Positions 63,657 to 64,000 of a stretch of DNA of 64,000 nt are shown here, piece after piece. Under the pieces are notes generated by a model. That model was not told the DNA's origin. It worked only from the letters and a program-made list of their open reading frames with translations, and did not search any database. Position numbers and translations under genes: made by a program. Each line of letters opens with the position of its first letter. The stretch's first letter is position 1. Location of the stretch: NCBI RefSeq assembly GCF_001194135.2, contig NC_068983.1, positions 1,930,917 through 1,994,916 on the forward strand. The letters run 5' to 3'. The stretch is from Octopus bimaculoides (Eukaryota).

Positions 63657-64000
63657 TTTGTTTTATTTATTTATGTGTTTCAGCCAAGTGGCTGCGGTCA
63701 TGCTGGTGCACCACCGTGATATTCACGTTCCTTGCATGGCTCTTCTCCCCCACCTGACATGGTCCAATCAAGAGTTTTGATGGCACATCTGGTGTATAAG
63801 AGAATTTGACATAGCTGCCCTAAACTGCGTTTCATTACCAGCCATTGGTTCGTCTGGTATCGTGGAGAAGAAAGTGTCAAGTTTTGTCTTGAAGACCTCC
63901 GCATCCATGTCTTGCATGTCTCTCAAATGTTTTGGCAGGGCATTGAAGAGCTGAGGTCCTCTGAAACCGAGGCTGCTGCAGTATCTCGTTCTTATGTGAG
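63657..64000 (-). mobile_element. CR1-like LINE 3' end, young, runs off the window
   Basis: Open frame from 63998 to TGA at 63770-63768: HIRTRYCSSLGFRGPQLFNALPKHLRDMQDMDAEVFKTKLDTFFSTIPDEP...RAAMSNSLIHQM. Then a short 3' UTR and (AAAT)n tail. Confidence 0.85.

Overview
AT-rich, microsatellite-dense eukaryotic DNA with six N-gaps. The SINE/LINE families look like a coleoid cephalopod, most likely Octopus (inference from repeat-family recognition, not a database hit). There is one convincing host gene: a class A peptide GPCR of the vasopressin/oxytocin-GnRH-CCAP/NPS superfamily with an uninterrupted coding region (50865-52181, +). The rest is mostly mobile DNA: two Helitrons with degenerate Pif1-type helicase remnants, R4/Dong-like RLE LINEs nested in (AAT)n, CR1-like LINE pieces, a deleted Tc1/mariner, Penelope-type pLTR fragments with hammerhead-like cores, at least four tRNA-SINE families and three unrelated fold-back elements. 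The most unusual feature is the 3.7-kb Helitron at 12150-15860. It keeps both termini, but its Rep and most of its helicase are replaced by a 1.75-kb structured minisatellite whose core (GGAACTTTCCAGGAA) reads as overlapping HSE, STAT/GAS and kappaB-like sites, so it is a candidate mobile stress/immune enhancer cassette. Most other ORFs in the supplied track are artefacts of microsatellites, gaps or repeats. All counts and identities are by eye, and TE boundaries are approximate unless stated otherwise.
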